From an uncultured Gemmataceae bacterium (GTDB lineage: Bacteria; Planctomycetota; Planctomycetia; Gemmatales; Gemmataceae), in the NCBI GenBank assembly GCA_963750165.1, contig CAVVPN010000011.1:2048001-2112000 (forward strand): DNA of 64,000 bases, read 5' to 3'. The position numbers and the translations under genes were made by a program. The notes beneath the pieces are model-generated. The model was not told the origin of the DNA, made no database searches, and saw only the letters and a program-made list of their open reading frames with translations. Numbering within the stretch: the first letter of the stretch is position 1; each line of letters opens with the position of its first letter. Shown piece after piece: positions 58,601-61,600 of the stretch.

Positions 58601-61600
58601 TGGTGCGTGAAACTGATGTCCTGGGCGGTGGTGGCGTCCTCGTTCGGCTCGACGTTGAAGTCGGCCCCGCGTGTCACCACCAGCGAGTAGGGGGTGATCG
58701 CCGCGGCACTGACGCGGACGTAATAGTCGCCCGTCACGGGAGCATTCAGGTCGGCGACATAGCCGGCGACGTTGGTCTGCCCCTGTCCCCCCGTTGCCAG
58801 CACATTCCCGGCGGCATCGAGCACCTCAAGCGTGAGCGGGGTGCCAGCGCCGGGCGACGTGGGCGTGACCGCGAAGCTGGCGTACTGGCCCGCCGTCAGC
58901 GTGACGTGGTAATAGTCCACCGGGTCGCTGGGGCCGCCAAGGTTCGGGTAGAAGCTGAGGCCGCTGAGCGCTGATTCGCCGGTGGAACCGACCAGGGTGC
59001 CCTGACCGGTGGTCGGGTCAATCGTGATGAGTGAGCCGTACAAGGGGTAGGAGTTGTTGCCGCCCAGGCCGCCGTAGAGGGTGCCGTCGGGGCCGAACTC
59101 CACGGACGCCACGTCGTCGAAGCCGGTCGGGCCGATCACGGTCGCTTGACCGGTAGCGACGTTGATGGTCACGAGCTGGCTGCCGTCGGAGAGGTAGCCC
59201 GAGGTGATGCCGAAAAGCGTGTTGGTGCCGGGCTGGAAGCTGAGGCCGCCGATGTTGCCGCTCAGACCGGTCTGGCCGATGGTGGTGAAGGCCCCTGTGG
59301 CCGTGTTGATGGTGCCGAAGACACTGGAGCCCGAGCCGCCCTGACCCCCCGAGCGCACTCCATACAGCGTCCCGGCAGCGTTGAATGCCAGTCCGTTGAT
59401 GGTGTTGCCGCTGGCTGAACCGATGACGGTCGCCGCTCCTGTCCGCGGGTCGATGCTCAACAGCGTGGTGCCGGATTCGCCGAAGAGGGTCCCGGTGGGG
59501 CTGATCTTGATGCGGAGTTGCGCGTAGCCGGTGGCGCCGACAGGTGTGGCCTGGCCGGTGTGCGGGTCGATGGTGACCAGCAGTCCGTTGGGGCCGGAAT
59601 TCGGGTAAGGGATCGAGCCGAACAACTGGCCGATCAGATCGCCGTTGAGCGTGCCGACGGTGCCAAGGACGTTCAGCTGGTCGCCGCCGCCCGGCAGGGC
59701 CACGCCGCCGCCGTCCAGGTTCTGCGCCGTGGCGATGCTATCGTCGTCGCCGCCGACGAGGCGTTCCGTCTCCACAGCGGCATTGACAATGACGCGGAGT
59801 GTGTAACGGCCGGTCCCCTGCAAGGCGGCGGCGCTAACGGTGTAGGTGCCACTGGTGGTCACCGCGGCCGTCTCGATCACCGCCGGGGCTCCCGCGACCA
59901 TCCCCTGGGCGGTGGCCACGACCGCGCCCGACGGGTCGGTCAAGGTGACGGCGCCTTGCACGGCACCATCAATGGGGGTGAAGACCACGCTGACCGTCTG
60001 TCCGGCGTTCAGGGGCAGGGTGTAGGAGTGGGTGTCGGGGTCGGCGCGGAAGGCGCTGAGCTGTGTTCCTTCGTAGATGAGCCCGCCGGCAGGCGGGTCG
60101 AGCGCCAGGGGCGTGGGGAAGGGGGCGCTCGTCGTGTCGGCGACAAAATCCACCACGAAGTCGTGCCCGGCCGGGCTGGCCAGCGTGCTGTAGAGCGGAT
60201 TGCCGACGGCGTCCTGGAAGGCGTTGGCGCCGGCGCGCAGGGTGAGCGTGTAGTTGCTGTCCACCAGGCCCTGGAACCCGACCGTGATGCTGTCGGTGTT
60301 GGGGTCGTAAGCGAAGCTGTTGACCGGGACCGTTTGCCCTGACAGGGTGTTGACCAGCGTGACATCCTGGGCGCCGAGGCCGGCCGTGCCGAGGGGCTCG
60401 CTGAAGGTGGCGGTGTAGGTCAGGTTGCCGGACGGCACGACGTCGCTCTCGTTGATCGAACTGGCCGTCACCGTCGGGCCCGTGGTGTCCAGTGTGAACG
60501 TCTCGTCGTAAGCGCTGCTGGCGTCTCCCTGCAGGTCGGTGACGGCGCCCGCCGGCAGGTGAACGGCGTAGGAGCCGTCGCCGCTGTTCAGGTTGGACAC
60601 GTCGAACTGCACGGTGTTGGCGTCGATGACGGTGAAGCCGGTGGCGGGCGCGCCGTTGAGGGTGAGCGCCCCCGGGCTGAGCGACGAGAACAGCAGCGGC
60701 TGCGCGAACGTCAACTGGACCGCGCCGGGGAAGACGGCGAACGTGGCGCCGTCGGTGATGCTACTGGCGGTCACGTTGACCGCGTGCAGCGTGCGGCCGG
60801 CCGTGGCACCGTCGATCTCAAGCGTGTAGTCGCCGACGCCGGTGACGACGGCGACCCGGGCGGTGTAGGCGCCGCCGGCGCCGGTGGGGATTGTGTAGGT
60901 GACCCGGGCATTGCGGCCATCGGGCGCGCCCTCGAAGTTACTGGCGACCAGGTTGCCCGACGAGTCGTACAGTTCCACGATCGGGGCGAGGGTGTTTTCC
61001 GGCTCACCGGGGCCGGCCGTCGGCGTGGTGGTGGTGAGCGTCAGGGTGTCGCCGGCCCTGGCGTTGAAGGTGTGAAAGTCCTGGGTGTCGTTGAGGCCGA
61101 GGATGTTTGGCGTTTGCAAGGTCGCATTGAAGGTGTAGGTGCCCGTGCGGTTGGAGTAGCCGCCGGCCACGATGTAGTAGTCGCCGGCATAGCCGCTGCC
61201 GCTGCCGCCGAAGGTGTAAACGAGGTGCGAGTAGAGCCCGTAGTTGCCGCCGCCATCGTCGTTGTAGGCGAGCAGTTGCCCGGTGTTGTCGTACAGCCAC
61301 TCATAGCTATCGCCGATCGGGCTGCCGGTCTGGCCGGCGAGGTCGTCGAGGGTGAGTGTGTCGCCGGGCGAGGCGTAGATCTTGTAGAAGTCGCGGTCGT
61401 AGGCAGGCGAGACGTTCCCCTGGACCGAGGCGAAGTAGGTGTTGGTGCCCGTCTGGGTGAAGGTGCCCGACAGGTCGTTGGCCTCGGCGATGCTGTCGTT
61501 CGGCTCGGTCTCGCTGGAGATGGGGGGGACCGAGGAAGTGCCGCGGAAACTGCCCAGCGTGACGGGGGTGACGCTGACGTCGTCCGCGGTGGCCCGGGTG

